Shown here piece by piece: positions 1 through 12,170 of a stretch of DNA of 64,000 bases (position 1 is the first letter of the stretch; each line of letters starts with the position of its first letter). Both the position numbers and the translations under genes were made by a program. The notes below the pieces were generated by a model. The model made no database searches. It saw only the letters and a program-made list of their open reading frames with translations, and was not told the origin of the DNA. Source of the DNA: Macrostomum lignano (Eukaryota); the NCBI GenBank assembly GCA_002269645.1, contig NIVC01000981.1, forward strand, positions 319,948 through 383,947, read 5' to 3'.

Positions 1-820
1 GGCCCCGCCGACGTCGAGCAGAACGTGCCGATCGCCCGCACCCCGCATCCGAGAGCGGCGAAGGGGGGATTCAAAGTCTACACTTGATTGAGGGGGGGGG
101 GGTGATTTGATAGTCTTGAAATCCGTCGCAACTGTTTAAAAATGTTTGAAACTGTTAAATGTCTTTTGTAACCTTTTGCGTTTTTTTCGTTTCTCGAAAT
201 GCTTTTATTCCGGCTGCGTCCGTTGTTTTTTTTTTATTCAATGGTCAGCGGCAACCAATATTTTATTTCCCCTGCAATCGGTATGTCGTTCGAGTCTCCC
301 CGCGCTTCGAATGCAAGCATCGAGTTTTCAAAAGTGATTTTCTTTTCTGCGTTGAGGAGAGATGTGAGCCATTGATTTGCTATAGAGCGCCCACCCCATT
401 TTTCCGGGTCCGTACGTCAGCCGGCTTTCTCTCTCTATCTCTCGCCCCCTTATCTGTACTCGTAGTAAGCAAAGTGTACATTTACGACCACCACCCCACG
501 CAATGCAGTAGCCGACTAAATATTAAATAAATAACATCGTCTCGCCCACTGTGGCTTTCGTGCTTCTTCGTGCAACTGCCAAATCATGCATTAAACTCTT
601 ACAGAATGAAAATCTATAAGCCTAGTTTGAAAGTTCAGTGTCAAGTCAGTTTACGTCGACGCTGATAAGAATCCACTTGCAAAGCATCTGTAGTAAGTAA
701 TAATTGACGGACCAACTTCACAAGCAATCAAAACAAGCAAGCAGACAAGAAAATATTCTAATTCGGCAAGTTAAAACCTTGCAATTGTGATTGCGAATTT
801 CTAGGAAGCAGACATCAAAA

Positions 821-1075
821 TTCCGCAAGCAAAGTTCGGCAAGCAAAGTTCCTGCAAGCAAACTTCGGCAAGCAAAGTTCGGCAAGCAAAGTTCGGCAAG
901 CAAAGTTCGGCAAGCAAAGTTCGGCAAGCAAAGTTCGGCTAGCAAAATTCCGCAAGCAAAGCTCGGCAAGCAAAGTTCGGCAAGCAAAATTCCGCAAGCA
1001 AAGCTCGGCAAGCAAAGTTCGGCAAGCAAAATTCCTGCAAGCAAACTTCGGCAAGCAAACTTCTCGCAAGCAAAC
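821..1075. repeat. Minisatellite, ~14-15 bp unit (GCAAGCAAAGTTCG)
   Basis: Tandem units are visible directly; the overlapping ORFs at 718-1138 are repeat artefacts. Confidence 0.9.
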
Positions 1076-3418
1076 GTCGTACTCCCGATTTCTCAAGACT
1101 TCCTGCAGGTCTCACAGAAGCACTTAATTCTCTGCTAGGGCTGCAAAAATGCGAGAATCTAATTGGCTGCGGAGTTCAGCCTACTAGCCTAAGAGTAGTC
1201 AGCATTTGGTGTGACAACATGATTTTTGGCTGTTCAAAGGGGTATGGGCTCCCGTGCCCGTAGACGTTGGGGCCTATGGATCCAATCAGGATGTTGTACA
1301 TCCCCCTCTGATCGTAGCAGCACACAGAGCTTGCAGGCGATTTCACCCCTGGCCTCTAATTGCGCCCACTCCACATTTGATTAAACCTTCTCGGTGGCTG
1401 CATAAGAATACTTTGAGGGCATGTATAAATTAAGTTGGTTTTGGGCGACGCAACACTCATTCGGTGGCTGTCTACAAGTCTCACGCTTGAGGAAACCGCG
1501 ATCACCCGATGCTGATTGGACGGGACGGGCAGCAGCTTTAGCAGGAGACTCTGAGTAGGGTGGCGAATCCTTTCTGGGATCCCACTTGGGGTAAAAGAAC
1601 AGACGTACAGCATGCTACTGGGGCATTAGTATAATTTGTTTCGAGAAGTTTACGGAGCGCGTCTCTGATGGACTGCTCTCTTACAAATACTCTTTCCGGC
1701 ACCAAGGCCACATTTGAAACCTATATTTTAATACCAGTGGCAGTCTTCAAAGATTTCATTAAATAAAATGAGTTAAGAGCAAGTCAATTAATGCATGGCT
1801 CTTTTATTTGGTTTGTCAATCGTACGACTGAATAAAGAGAGGAGGGTAAAACTATGGCAGTTGGCTCCTGTATGATTTCAATGCAGACTAAAAAAGTTTA
1901 TACATACGGAGCTACCCAGGTTGTGAAGGCGGCGAGATATGAGTTTACACAGAGTATGATTAACGAAGGACACGGTGGAAACCTGATTTTTTTAGATGAA
2001 TTTGTGCCGAGAGTTTGGAGGACGAGAATTCAAGGATGTGCAAATCGAACTATGAGAACAGTGCGAGTATGCGACCAGTGCGGAAAAAACTTGACTCTGC
2101 TTGGCGTAGCTAGACGTTCTGCTAGGCTGAGTAGGTGGTTCTATTTTATGAGGACTTGAATCACTGGAGCACAGCACCTTTCAACTGCTACCGCACTCTC
2201 CGTAACTCAACCAAACCAAGTGATCGAGCAGTTTCTTCTCTGAAGGCAGCAGTGAAGAGGGCCCTATCAGTTCCAGCAGTTCAACAGGAACTCTCTATAC
2301 GGCAAGCCGCCGCTGTCGCGAACCTGACTTTGCATACCTGGCGAATGCAGATATTGAAGAGTGAGCTTGAAGCTGCACAGCACATGATTGCACTAGAGAA
2401 GTGCCATCAATGGAAAAATCAAATAGTGAAATTTTGCTTTAACTTTCTCACATTGACACTGTTTATTTTGTGCTGCTTTCTATCAAATACCGGTAAAGTG
2501 TCTCCATTCTTGAATCAATTCCGCTGGGATTGGCAAGAAATGTTTTGTAAATTGGATGAAACGTTTTGTGCAGCTGTCTATGGCCTGATCTAAATTTAAC
2601 TCCCGTTAAGAAAGCAATTAGTGTACGAAAGGTGTTGCAGTTTGGACGAATTCAATTGCAAAAGGTACATTATAATGCCAAGTCATACCGAAACAAAGTC
2701 CGATGCCTGATCATAAAGGGTTCCTTAATAAGGCAAAGTTAAAGCTTTTAGCAAGCGTCCAAAACTTGTTTAATTCCACTTTTCAAACATTTCATCACTG
2801 TGAAGTGTTTTAGCAGGTAAACAGTTCCTGTCTAGTCCTATTCCTTTTCTGCAGTCCCATATCGGTAAATTATTCATCTCCTATGCTTACCAAACCGACA
2901 GCTAAGTCACCGCTGCTGCTGACTGAAAGTTTTCTCGAATCAAAAAAATTGCTTTTGCTTTTCTACAGATGAAACAAGAGGTTCTCAAGTAGTTTGTTTA
3001 GCTGGTTCAAGTTGGTACTCTTGCTTCGACGGAGTTTGTTCAACCTGCTTGAAATATTTACTAGGTAAAGTCTCTGACTGAATTCACTGAGCATAGCTTC
3101 GATACCAGTGCAGTGTTTCCACTGCTTTAATAAAACTTGGGAATTGTAACTTATCGCATCAGTTCGTAATATCAAGAAGCCTGTGCCTGATTGCCTCTAA
3201 AATGTTCAGCTTATGTCTGCCGAACTGCCATGGATTTCGCATTCCCTTAATAATCGACTTCTATCGTACGCAGCTCCGCTAGCCAATCAAAAGCTTGCAA
3301 CTTGTCTCCACTGCTCCATATCCCTTGGTATTAATTAGTGAGGCAGAAAGCTTGTCTCAGACAACTGCTCACAAATTCCAACTGTCCATTATTAAGCAAT
3401 AAGTCTAGAGTAATAGTT

Positions 3419-4618
3419 ATGCAAGAACACATGCAATTACAGTTTCTAGCCTTGGCTCTAACGCTGCAGCCTTCAGACTGCCTGGATCCGTCAACCAACA
3501 CTGACGGACCCGTCTGCAGAGCCCTGACTCAGAGCGTCGGCCCGCAGTATCTGTCCCAGTGCCGGTCTATGCAGCCACCCAGTCTCAGTGGTTACAACAC
3601 AACCGTACACGTGAACATCGATGTGAAGACAGTCTACGGACTAGGCGATGAAGAACTGCTAGAATGGTCCGGCTGGGTACTGATGTCGTGGCGCGATCCA
3701 AGACTAGCCTGGAACGCTACTGAGACTGGCGTGAATCAGATGCGACTTGACAGGAACAGCCTGTGGATACCCGACATCGGCTATTGGAACGCTAAATCGG
3801 TCGAGTTGTTCGATTTGCGCAACTCGAAATTCCTCGAAACAATCGCGTCTCCGGATGGTTCTGTATTTACTTACATTTACACAGTGACCCAGTTTCCTTG
3901 CTCTCTGGATATGCGTCTATTTCCATTTGATCGACAGGTGTGCACACTACAAATCGGATCTATTAACTCGCCATCCAGCGTTTTCAGCTTTACTCTGACC
4001 AGCAGAATGAGTGCCAGTACGTCTGATAGCAGCGCTTTTTTTAGTGTAGGCGAGTGGGACTTGGCCGGACTCACCCACAGCGTCAAGTACATGGCTGGGG
4101 CTGCCAACTCCGAGTTTCAGTTCTACAATCTACGATTCTTTCTACAACGTCGCGTGACGTATTACGCAATCCTGATGATTGTGCCGTACGAACTGTTGTC
4201 GCTACTGGCTAGTATCATGTTCTTCGCTGAGCAGCAGGGCGACCGAGCTAACGTGTCAATCGCCATCATCATGTCTATGACGCTGTACGTCCTCATCGCC
4301 TCCCAATCCGCGCCCAAGTCGATGAACATCATTCCTCTGGTTGGAACATTCCTAATCACCCAGATGCTTATACTGATCTTCTTCACCTTTGTTGCAGTTT
4401 TCCGTTTTCCTCATGTGGCAGCTCATCGCACGCAGTCCGAGTCCGCTGAGAAACGACGGTCGATAATTGCCCGACGCTTGGCCGTTTTTCTGTCCTTTTT
4501 AGTGCGACACAAAGACAAAATCTGCTTTGCTAGCTATTTGGGCGCCAGCGCGTTCAATGCGCTTTTCTTTCTGTGCATCTGGCCAGCGGCTTCTCGCGAT
4601 GCTGACTGGATTAAATAA
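3419..4618 (+). CDS. Intronless Cys-loop ligand-gated ion channel subunit (nAChR-like, non-alpha, divergent)
   Basis: Signal-peptide-like N-terminus from ATG 3419 or 3431; WxD (SWRDPRLAWN); LWIPDI; Cys-loop CSLDMRLFPFDRQVC; GEWDL; four TM segments with a short M3-M4 loop; no vicinal CC in loop C. Confidence 0.9.
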   Translation: MQEHMQLQFLALALTLQPSDCLDPSTNTDGPVCRALTQSVGPQYLSQCRSMQPPSLSGYNTTVHVNIDVKTVYGLGDEELLEWSGWVLMSWRDPRLAWNATETGVNQMRLDRNSLWIPDIGYWNAKSVELFDLRNSKFLETIASPDGSVFTYIYTVTQFPCSLDMRLFPFDRQVCTLQIGSINSPSSVFSFTLTSRMSASTSDSSAFFSVGEWDLAGLTHSVKYMAGAANSEFQFYNLRFFLQRRVTYYAILMIVPYELLSLLASIMFFAEQQGDRANVSIAIIMSMTLYVLIASQSAPKSMNIIPLVGTFLITQMLILIFFTFVAVFRFPHVAAHRTQSESAEKRRSIIARRLAVFLSFLVRHKDKICFASYLGASAFNALFFLCIWPAASRDADWIK

Positions 4619-6557
4619 GGCTCGCTATCAAGAGTGAGAAGTACACGGTGAACTTGACATTAACCATTCTTTTCCTAGCTTACTCTGCATACATGTAACA
4701 GCACATGCATAAATGCGAGTAACAATTGTCTAAATTTACTTGCATATAAAACTATAAGGGTTTATAGTAGTTATACGGTTTTAAGGATCCATCCTTATCT
4801 GTTTAATCTAGCTTGTTCATCCTCATTAAGTTTAGGTTACATACAATGTTTACTCGTAGTCTATGCTACCATATTGTACGAGCATATACTCTATTGCAAT
4901 ATGCTTTAATTAACAAATAAATATTCCGAGTTACCAACGCAACTTCATCAGTCATCTATCAATCATCGGCCTCACATGGGCGCAGTCTTGCAGACAAAAA
5001 TCAAATATTAACCTACTGTGTTAGAATTATAAATTCGGTACCACTTGCAGTGTTGAAACATCAAAATGCAATTGGAATACTTCGAGTTTAGTAAAAAAAT
5101 GCATTTTTGTGAGACGTCTAGAGCATTAAAGCAACACATGTAAGCTCACGATCCTCTAATAACTGTAGTGCAATATTAATAGAACGAACCAAAAGTTAAT
5201 AATATGAAGCTCTAGTAAAGATTTTACTTAAATTTACTGCTAACAATTAGTATAACCAAAATCCATGTCGAGGTAAAGAATTTATGGCCAACTTTATTTA
5301 AACAAAATATATGACATTTATATTATACTATTATACTATATACATTACTATTAAATATGCAATACAGTTAAAAAGATGAACGTAACGCGTCGTGGTTTTC
5401 TTTGGTGCTGCAATTATAGGACTTTAGAAATACAGAGTGTGTTTAAGGCGAAGATTCCACAGAAAGGTTTGCTAAAATCACGAATATCCCAATAAAAATA
5501 ACATGCAAAAAATACTTTGTCGGAAAAATTTTCTAGGTTAATTTTGTAAGAATAAAACTTATCTTTGCTAGAATAGCCTGGCTGCATGCAGAGGCTGCCT
5601 TAAATAGTTCTAATTTAAAGCCAAAAATATTGTAACAAGTACACCCACCAGTAGCTACTATCAGTAGGAACGGAACAATTTTTGTTTTGTTAAAAGTGTC
5701 GACGATTTGTTTGAGGCACCAATAAATTCATTGGGGAGCTTTGTTAATTTGTTTAGCTAGCCATTGGCTCAAGAATCCCCAGTTTTTGTTCCATCTTTTA
5801 TTTGCATGAATTTATGCTCTAATACCAGCAACAAGTCAAAATTGAAAACATATATCCTTAATTTGTTTGTTAGGAATAAATATATATTCCTAAAATCGAT
5901 TGATGATTCGAATTTAAGTATAAAAAGTAAAAATAATGAAACGAAATAAACTACAGAGGCATATCAGTTGGTGAAGCCTAGGTTGCAGGAAAAAAGTCAA
6001 TTGTTTTTCATCACAGATGAACACATCAAAAATACATGAAAAACAAGTAGGCATATACAAAAATAAAAACCTAGAATCGAAATGTACTTTATGCTTAAAA
6101 TAATGGCATACATGTAGGAAATGAGTGGAATGCAATTAAAACCCAGCTGTTCAAAATCGAAATTAATATGGTAATAACAATGCTAGCTACCTGATATCAG
6201 TTGTTTTATTATAAAGATGATAAAATATTATACTTTGACACTGAGATTCCCATTAAATAGCGAGATCAATTCTAAGTGTTAGAAAGTAAAAAAATGTGGA
6301 ATGCAGCAAGTTCCAGAAGTATACTTTAGATATATCATTTCAGTCATGCATCATTAAAACAACTGTAAAATATTTAAAAAACTATATATCACATATGACA
6401 CAGAAACTCAGAAAGTTTAAAAAAATTGATTAATAGGTGACTATATACAATCAATATAGAGTCAACACAGATGACCTTTGGAAGCAGGTCAGAAGCAAAT
6501 AAAACAGCAAAACAGTTCAACTGAGCACAGTATAGCAGTAGAGTTGATCTCTTAGAC

Positions 6558-7702
6558 TTAGACCACAGAGCCTTGTGGAGTGCGAGTTACTGCATACATT
6601 GATGCTGTTCCACTAACCAGAGCTTCACTGAAAAATGTCAAAAGTTAAAGGACATGTATTTAATAATGTCAAAAAATATCAGTAAGTTTAAAAAATAATT
6701 ATTATTGTCAAGTGAAGCAAAGAAGTAATAGAATATCAGTAGAAGAAATATTGAGTATATATTAACTTTTTAAATTTTTACTTACCCTGGCTGTCTCATT
6801 TGCCGAGAACTGACAGTGTTGATTGAGATCATGGACTCATTGGCAGCAGCAAACTAAAAATAAAATAAGTAGTTGAACAATTGAGTTATGATATTTGAAA
6901 TCTTGAATTGAAATAAAAATACTTAGTGCATCCATATAAAGCAAGTCATTAGATTATCATTTTAAATCAGTTATAAATTTATGTATAAAAATTCCAAAGA
7001 TTTTTAGGGCTGTAATAACCATACTATAGAAAAAAATTGCAGGGGATATATAGCTTTAAAAATTAAACATTTAAAGTAAACTAAACTCACTTTAATTTTC
7101 CTCCTCTCCTTGCTGCTAATCATATATGCATCATAGTACATCTTGAATGCGCCTGCGAAGCATCCAATGCCGAATGCAATTAGAATTGGGCCAACGATTT
7201 CTCCTTTGTCAATAGAAAGCATAATGTTATTGTGAAATCGAAGTCCAAGCACTGTGCCACCAGCAATAATAAAAAGAGCACCAAGAATGGCAAGGAAGAT
7301 TGATAATAAAAACGGAGTTCGACCCTTTCCGTAGTAGGGTGCCATCAAGTTGCCTCGAAGTTTGCTGTCGTGGTATTCTTGTTGAATGCTAGTTTTGCCA
7401 CTTAGTTGACTCACTATTGAAGCTTTAGATGCGCCAAGACTGCGCGATTGTCGCACCAAGCTATTGCGAGAGAAACTCTTTTGACCCATCATAGAGCCGC
7501 GTGCAAATTTTCCGCTTTGATAGTGGCTCATTGATGGGTTAGGATTTGATACACCTGGATATCCAACTGGGACACTACTGCCAACCATACTGCCAGCTTG
7601 ACTTGCTCGATATGATCGAGGCGGATTCGCAGTGGGTGGCTGAAGATGGGTCTGGGTATTTGGTGCTGCATAATGTGATCGTCCATTTTGAGCAGTCGCC
7701 AT
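6558..7702 (-). CDS. Three-exon two-TM membrane protein with a low-complexity N-terminus (loosely PIRT/TMEM200-like)
   Basis: Exons 7702-7091 (donor GTGAGT, phase 0), 6853-6786 (GTAAG, phase 2) and 6627-6558 (TAA) join in frame. Two hydrophobic helices, FLLSIFLAILGALFIIAGGTVLGL and GPILIAFGIGCFAGAF. Family assignment is weak. Confidence 0.7.
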
Positions 7703-7985
7703 TGTACGAGAGCTTTCAATTGCTGGAGAAATGCAGACTATTGCTGCCTTTATTTATACTATTGTAGGATAGATATGAAATTAAAGCTATATTTGTTTCC
7801 TGGTGTTCAAACTAAATTTGTTTTCGCGTCTAGCGATTATCGGTTTTAACAAAGCATAAAATAAATTTTTTGAAAGCAGCTGTAATACATATACGCTGGA
7901 AAAAATACAATTTTTAATGTTAATAGGGTTAACTTAATTTATCAAAGCATCACACATTTCCTTGTGCGCAATCGCAACTAATCTA

Positions 7986-8723
7986 GGCTTTTCACGAAGA
8001 TTGGTTCCAGAACCAGAATAATTCCGATTCCAGAACCAGAATAATTCCGATTCCAGAACCAGAATAATTCCGATTCCAGAACCAGAATCCGTAGGAAAAT
8101 GAAAAGCTTCGAACCTATTTTATGTTTGTCAGTCTTTACAATTTAATTTTGTCTTTCCTTGACTTCGCTTTCTTTTGGATATATGACAAAAAAACAGAGT
8201 AATAATATAAAAAAAAATTTGACGGTTTCAAATATATTTTACTGTCAAAGTCTAAACCAAGGACGACTTAAGTAGAAGGACGGGAAACCTCGTTTCTTAG
8301 AAAATTTTAGAAGGCAGGTTTTCCGGAAAAAATACACTACGGAGATAGGATATTTCACGATTTTCAACACTAAACAGCGATTGGGTCTCTTAACAGTGTC
8401 AGAGAAAGTACTAATCACACTATTTTGTGCCTCACATGCTGCTCTAACGACGCATCATTCGATTTTTTATGTTAAATCGGTCTGTCACCTTAAAATAATG
8501 ACAGACCAATTTAACATGAATTGTTTTCATGAATTTAACATGCCTCCCGTCCTTCTTCTTAAGTCGTCCTTGGTGTAAACATGACAACGGATCAAGAAAA
8601 TTTCTCGATCCAAATTCCAGAACCAGAACACGGTTCTGGAACCAATTCTGAAAACGGAACAGACAAAATGAAAAGTTTCAAACCGATTCAGGTTCTGGAA
8701 TCGGTAATACAGTATGAAAAGCC
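7986..8723. mobile_element. Non-autonomous DNA transposon (MITE) with TA target-site duplication, Tc1/mariner-like
   Basis: TA|GGCTTTTCA at 7984-7994 and TGAAAAGCC|TA at 8715-8725; subterminal inverted motif ATTCCGATTCCAGAACCAGAATC / GATTCAGGTTCTGGAATCGGTAAT; internal 23-bp triple repeat at about 8005-8090. Confidence 0.7.
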
Positions 8724-9172
8724 TAAAATTAGTTGATAGCGTAGTTAAGATGCTATTATTTTAATTAGAAAGCTCAAAACGAGGCAATTAAGTAGGGTTT
8801 CGGCTGTTTTTAAAAAAGTATAAGATACGTATTTGTGGATACGTCAACTGTGACGAATAAACAATAGAAGTCATTAGTAGCAATAGTACGTAATTAAGTA
8901 TCTTGGTCTTTACTGCTACAGCAGTATTTGATAAAATGCATGTAATACACGCAACTGCCTTCTTTCCTCTGATTGGCTGTGAATAAGAAATTTGGGCTCA
9001 AATGTGTAGAAGTCGTTCAAGACAAAGTTCTATAAAAAAGAAACAAATATGATTTAAAATCAAGCCTTTAAAAGCAAGATTTAATACGATTAAAAAATTA
9101 CAAATTGATCAATATTCTACGCACATATGTATGCATGTTAAGCCCACTGTAACAGAATTGAGAAAAAAAAGC

Positions 9173-11554
9173 ATGCAACAAGCAAATAGTTTCATGATTG
9201 AGAATCTGCTTCGACCTCCGGTGACGAGTCGGAGCAAGACGGAAACTCTTCAATTGATGGAAATTGCCCTGTTCAACTACTGGATGCTGGCTGCTCCATC
9301 ATCTGCTCTTGCAAGTTATAGCAGCGTGCAGCAAAGAAACGAAAAAAGAAGGGTCACAAAAAGAGATCATGCAGCGGCCCCCAACTCTTCCGTTGACAAA
9401 ACTTGTAATGATCTTCAAGTCGATAAGACCGGTAAGATTTAGGGCCGCGTTATTGCTGAGTTTTTGACTGCACTTTGCAGCGAAAAACTCTCCGGTGTGT
9501 TTTTCAGAAATTGAAATCTTACATCTAAAATCAATAATCAGTCAGTCAGTCAGTCAGTCAGTCAGTCAGTCAGTCAGTCAGTCAGTCAGTCAGTCAGTCA
9601 GTCAGTCAGTCAGTCAGTCAGTCAGTCAGTCAGTCAGTCAGTCAGTCAGTCAGTCAGTCAGTCAGTCAGTCAGTTCATAAGCAGATATAGATAATAAACG
9701 CAACTAGTCCATTGATTTATAAATTTTACTAATTTTCACAGCTAAATCCATATCGTTCGTTACTGCATTAGCAGCTATTAAGGAACACCCAAATGCCTAA
9801 TTAAACAATTGTCAGTCAAGCAAGCTCGGGAATTCAGCTCAAATAATCTAATCGTTCTCAAACAAAGCTCCATGAGGATAAACGCCACACACTGAGAGGA
9901 CACTGCGGTGGTCTCAGAGCCGGAGAGACTCAAATGTAGAAATTGAGCTCATAGCTGTATAGTCTGACTGTAATGTGACACCTAGCATGCGCTGGTCTGT
10001 CTGAAATTATTGCGGTGAAGGGCTGGAAGCAGTCTTAATTGATGGGCTCAATTGTTTGACCCAAACTGTATGAGCCAGTTAAAACAGTCACTTTCACTCT
10101 TAACCATCTAAATGATAACAATGTAAACTTCTCTCAGTGGCCTGTTCTCATGAAAATAAAAACGGTAATTTTATCTTGTGCAATAATTTTGATTGATGCA
10201 TTTCGAGACGGCTCCAGCTGCGAGAGAATCGAAATAACAAATTTGAGACAATGAGTTTTTATAATAAGCTTGTATAGCAGCAACGAGTGTCATTGAGATG
10301 AGTTGAGATGCTTAATTGTTTGGATATTTGCCAATGCTGCCTGTTTGCTGACAGACATGGCATCCCAAATCTACAGGTTATAATTGGAGTTTCTGCAACG
10401 TAAAACTACAAATTTATACTTACAGACTGTAGCGCCAAACAATTCACAGACTGTAGCGCCAAACAATTCACAGACTGTAGCGCCAAACAATTCACAGACT
10501 GTAGCGCCAAACAATTCACAGACTGTAGCGCCAAACAATTCACAGACTGTAGCGCCAAACAATTCACAGACTGTAGCGCCAAACAATTCACAGACTGTAG
10601 CGCCAAACCATGACAGACTGTAGCGCGAAACAATCACAGACTGTAGGGCCAAACTATGACAGACTGTAGTGCCAAACAATCACAGACTGTAGCGCTAAAA
10701 TTCACAGACTGTAGCGCCAAACCGTGAACAGACTGTAGCGCCAAACCATGACAGACTGTAGTGCCAAACAATCACAGACTGTAGCGCCAAACCATGACAG
10801 ACTGTAGTGCCAAACAATCACAGACTGTAGCGCCAAACCATGACAGACTGTAGCGCCAAACCATGACAGACTGTAGCGCCAAACCATGACAGACTGTAGC
10901 GCCAAACCGTGAACAGACTGTAGCGCAAAACCATGACAGACTGTAGCGAGACTGTAGCGCCAAACCGTGACAGACTGTAGCGCCAAACCGTGACAGACTG
11001 TAGCGCCAAACCATGACAGACTGTAGCGCCAAACAATCACAGACTGTAGCGCCAAACAATCACAGACTGTAGCGCCAAACAATTACAGACTAGCCCATGA
11101 GGGCCAACCCTCAAGACACAGAGTGTACATGACTGACGATTCGAAAGTCAGGGCTGCTGTACACGCTGTATGAGCGTGTATCCACAGAGTGCGGGTCAGC
11201 GGTCTAAAGTGTGTTGATAAAATTGCATTAAATTCAGCTTAACTGCAAATCTCTCTATTATCCTCCCCGCTTAACTTAGCAACTTCAGCGTCAGCCCTCC
11301 CAGCAGCCGATTCTTCATCATCATCAAGTGCTGGCAATTTGAAGCGCCGCCGTCAGCCTCGAACGGTTTTTAGCGACCTGCAGCTGCTCCAGCTGGAGGC
11401 CACATTCCGCGAGCAGGCCTACCTGAGTCCGACTGACAGGGATTTGCTGGCCCAGGCTTTGGGCCTCACCGACGCCCAGGTGAAAACTTGGTTTCAAAAT
11501 CGACGTATGAAACAGAAGAAATTGCTGATGCAGCAGGCGGAGGTGCGGGATTGA
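9173..11554 (+). CDS. bsx: Bsx-like NK-class homeobox gene, two exons
   Basis: Exon 1 9173 (or 9131)-9431 has an eh1-like motif SFMIENLL and donor G|GTAAG (phase 1). Exon 2 11280 (or 11289)-11554 follows an AG in phase 1. The homeodomain RQPRTVFSDLQL...YLS...QVKTWFQNRRMKQKK carries the Bsx-type RTVFSD and VKTWFQNRRMKxKK. Confidence 0.8.
9538..9674. repeat. (CAGT)n microsatellite in the Bsx intron
   Basis: Perfect tetranucleotide run. Confidence 0.95.
10424..11090. repeat. Minisatellite, 23-24 bp unit (CACAGACTGTAGCGCCAAACAATT and variants), in the Bsx intron
   Basis: Tandem units are visible directly. Confidence 0.95.
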
Positions 11555-12170
11555 TTGACTCGATGCAAACTGTCTTCGTCTCACCGACTCGATGTGACTT
11601 TGAATAGCAATCCCCTTCTCTTTATTCACGACTGTACAGACAACACCAAATATTTATGAGTAGAGCAGCTGGGTCTACTCTTTGCGATGAGTAGGGTCTA
11701 CTCTCACTGTTTAGAAGGGTCTACTCTCACTGATGAGTAAGGTCTTCACGTTAATAATATACAACCTTTTTTGTCTCATTTAAAGTTTCACACGAACATA
11801 TATGTACTGTAGATAAAAATACACAGTCACGGATACTACTTTAGTAAGTAGTGTACTTAAATATCAATTTGAAAAAGCGTTTTATTAGGTAAACATTGAC
11901 CTAAATATGTTGTTGAAAAAACAAACAAAAATTGCAATATTTTGTTTTAATATTTATCGGCATCGGCCTACCACATTACATCAAGGTTTATCGACTGAAC
12001 TTTGATTACGTTAATTTTTTTGTTTTACTGGTACGGTTTAGCACACTGAAAAATTTGTTTTTTACAAGAAAATTAATGAAACTTCGAGCGTTTAAACAAC
12101 AGTGAAACCAACCTACAATACTGTTGTTATTGTAATTTAAAACTTATTCCAAACTTCTTTCATTTAAAGT

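Noticed and set aside
1240-1640. LINE or Penelope 3' fragment
   Set aside because: Only vague similarity (HPTQSLLL); no diagnostic motif, tail or TSD could be confirmed.
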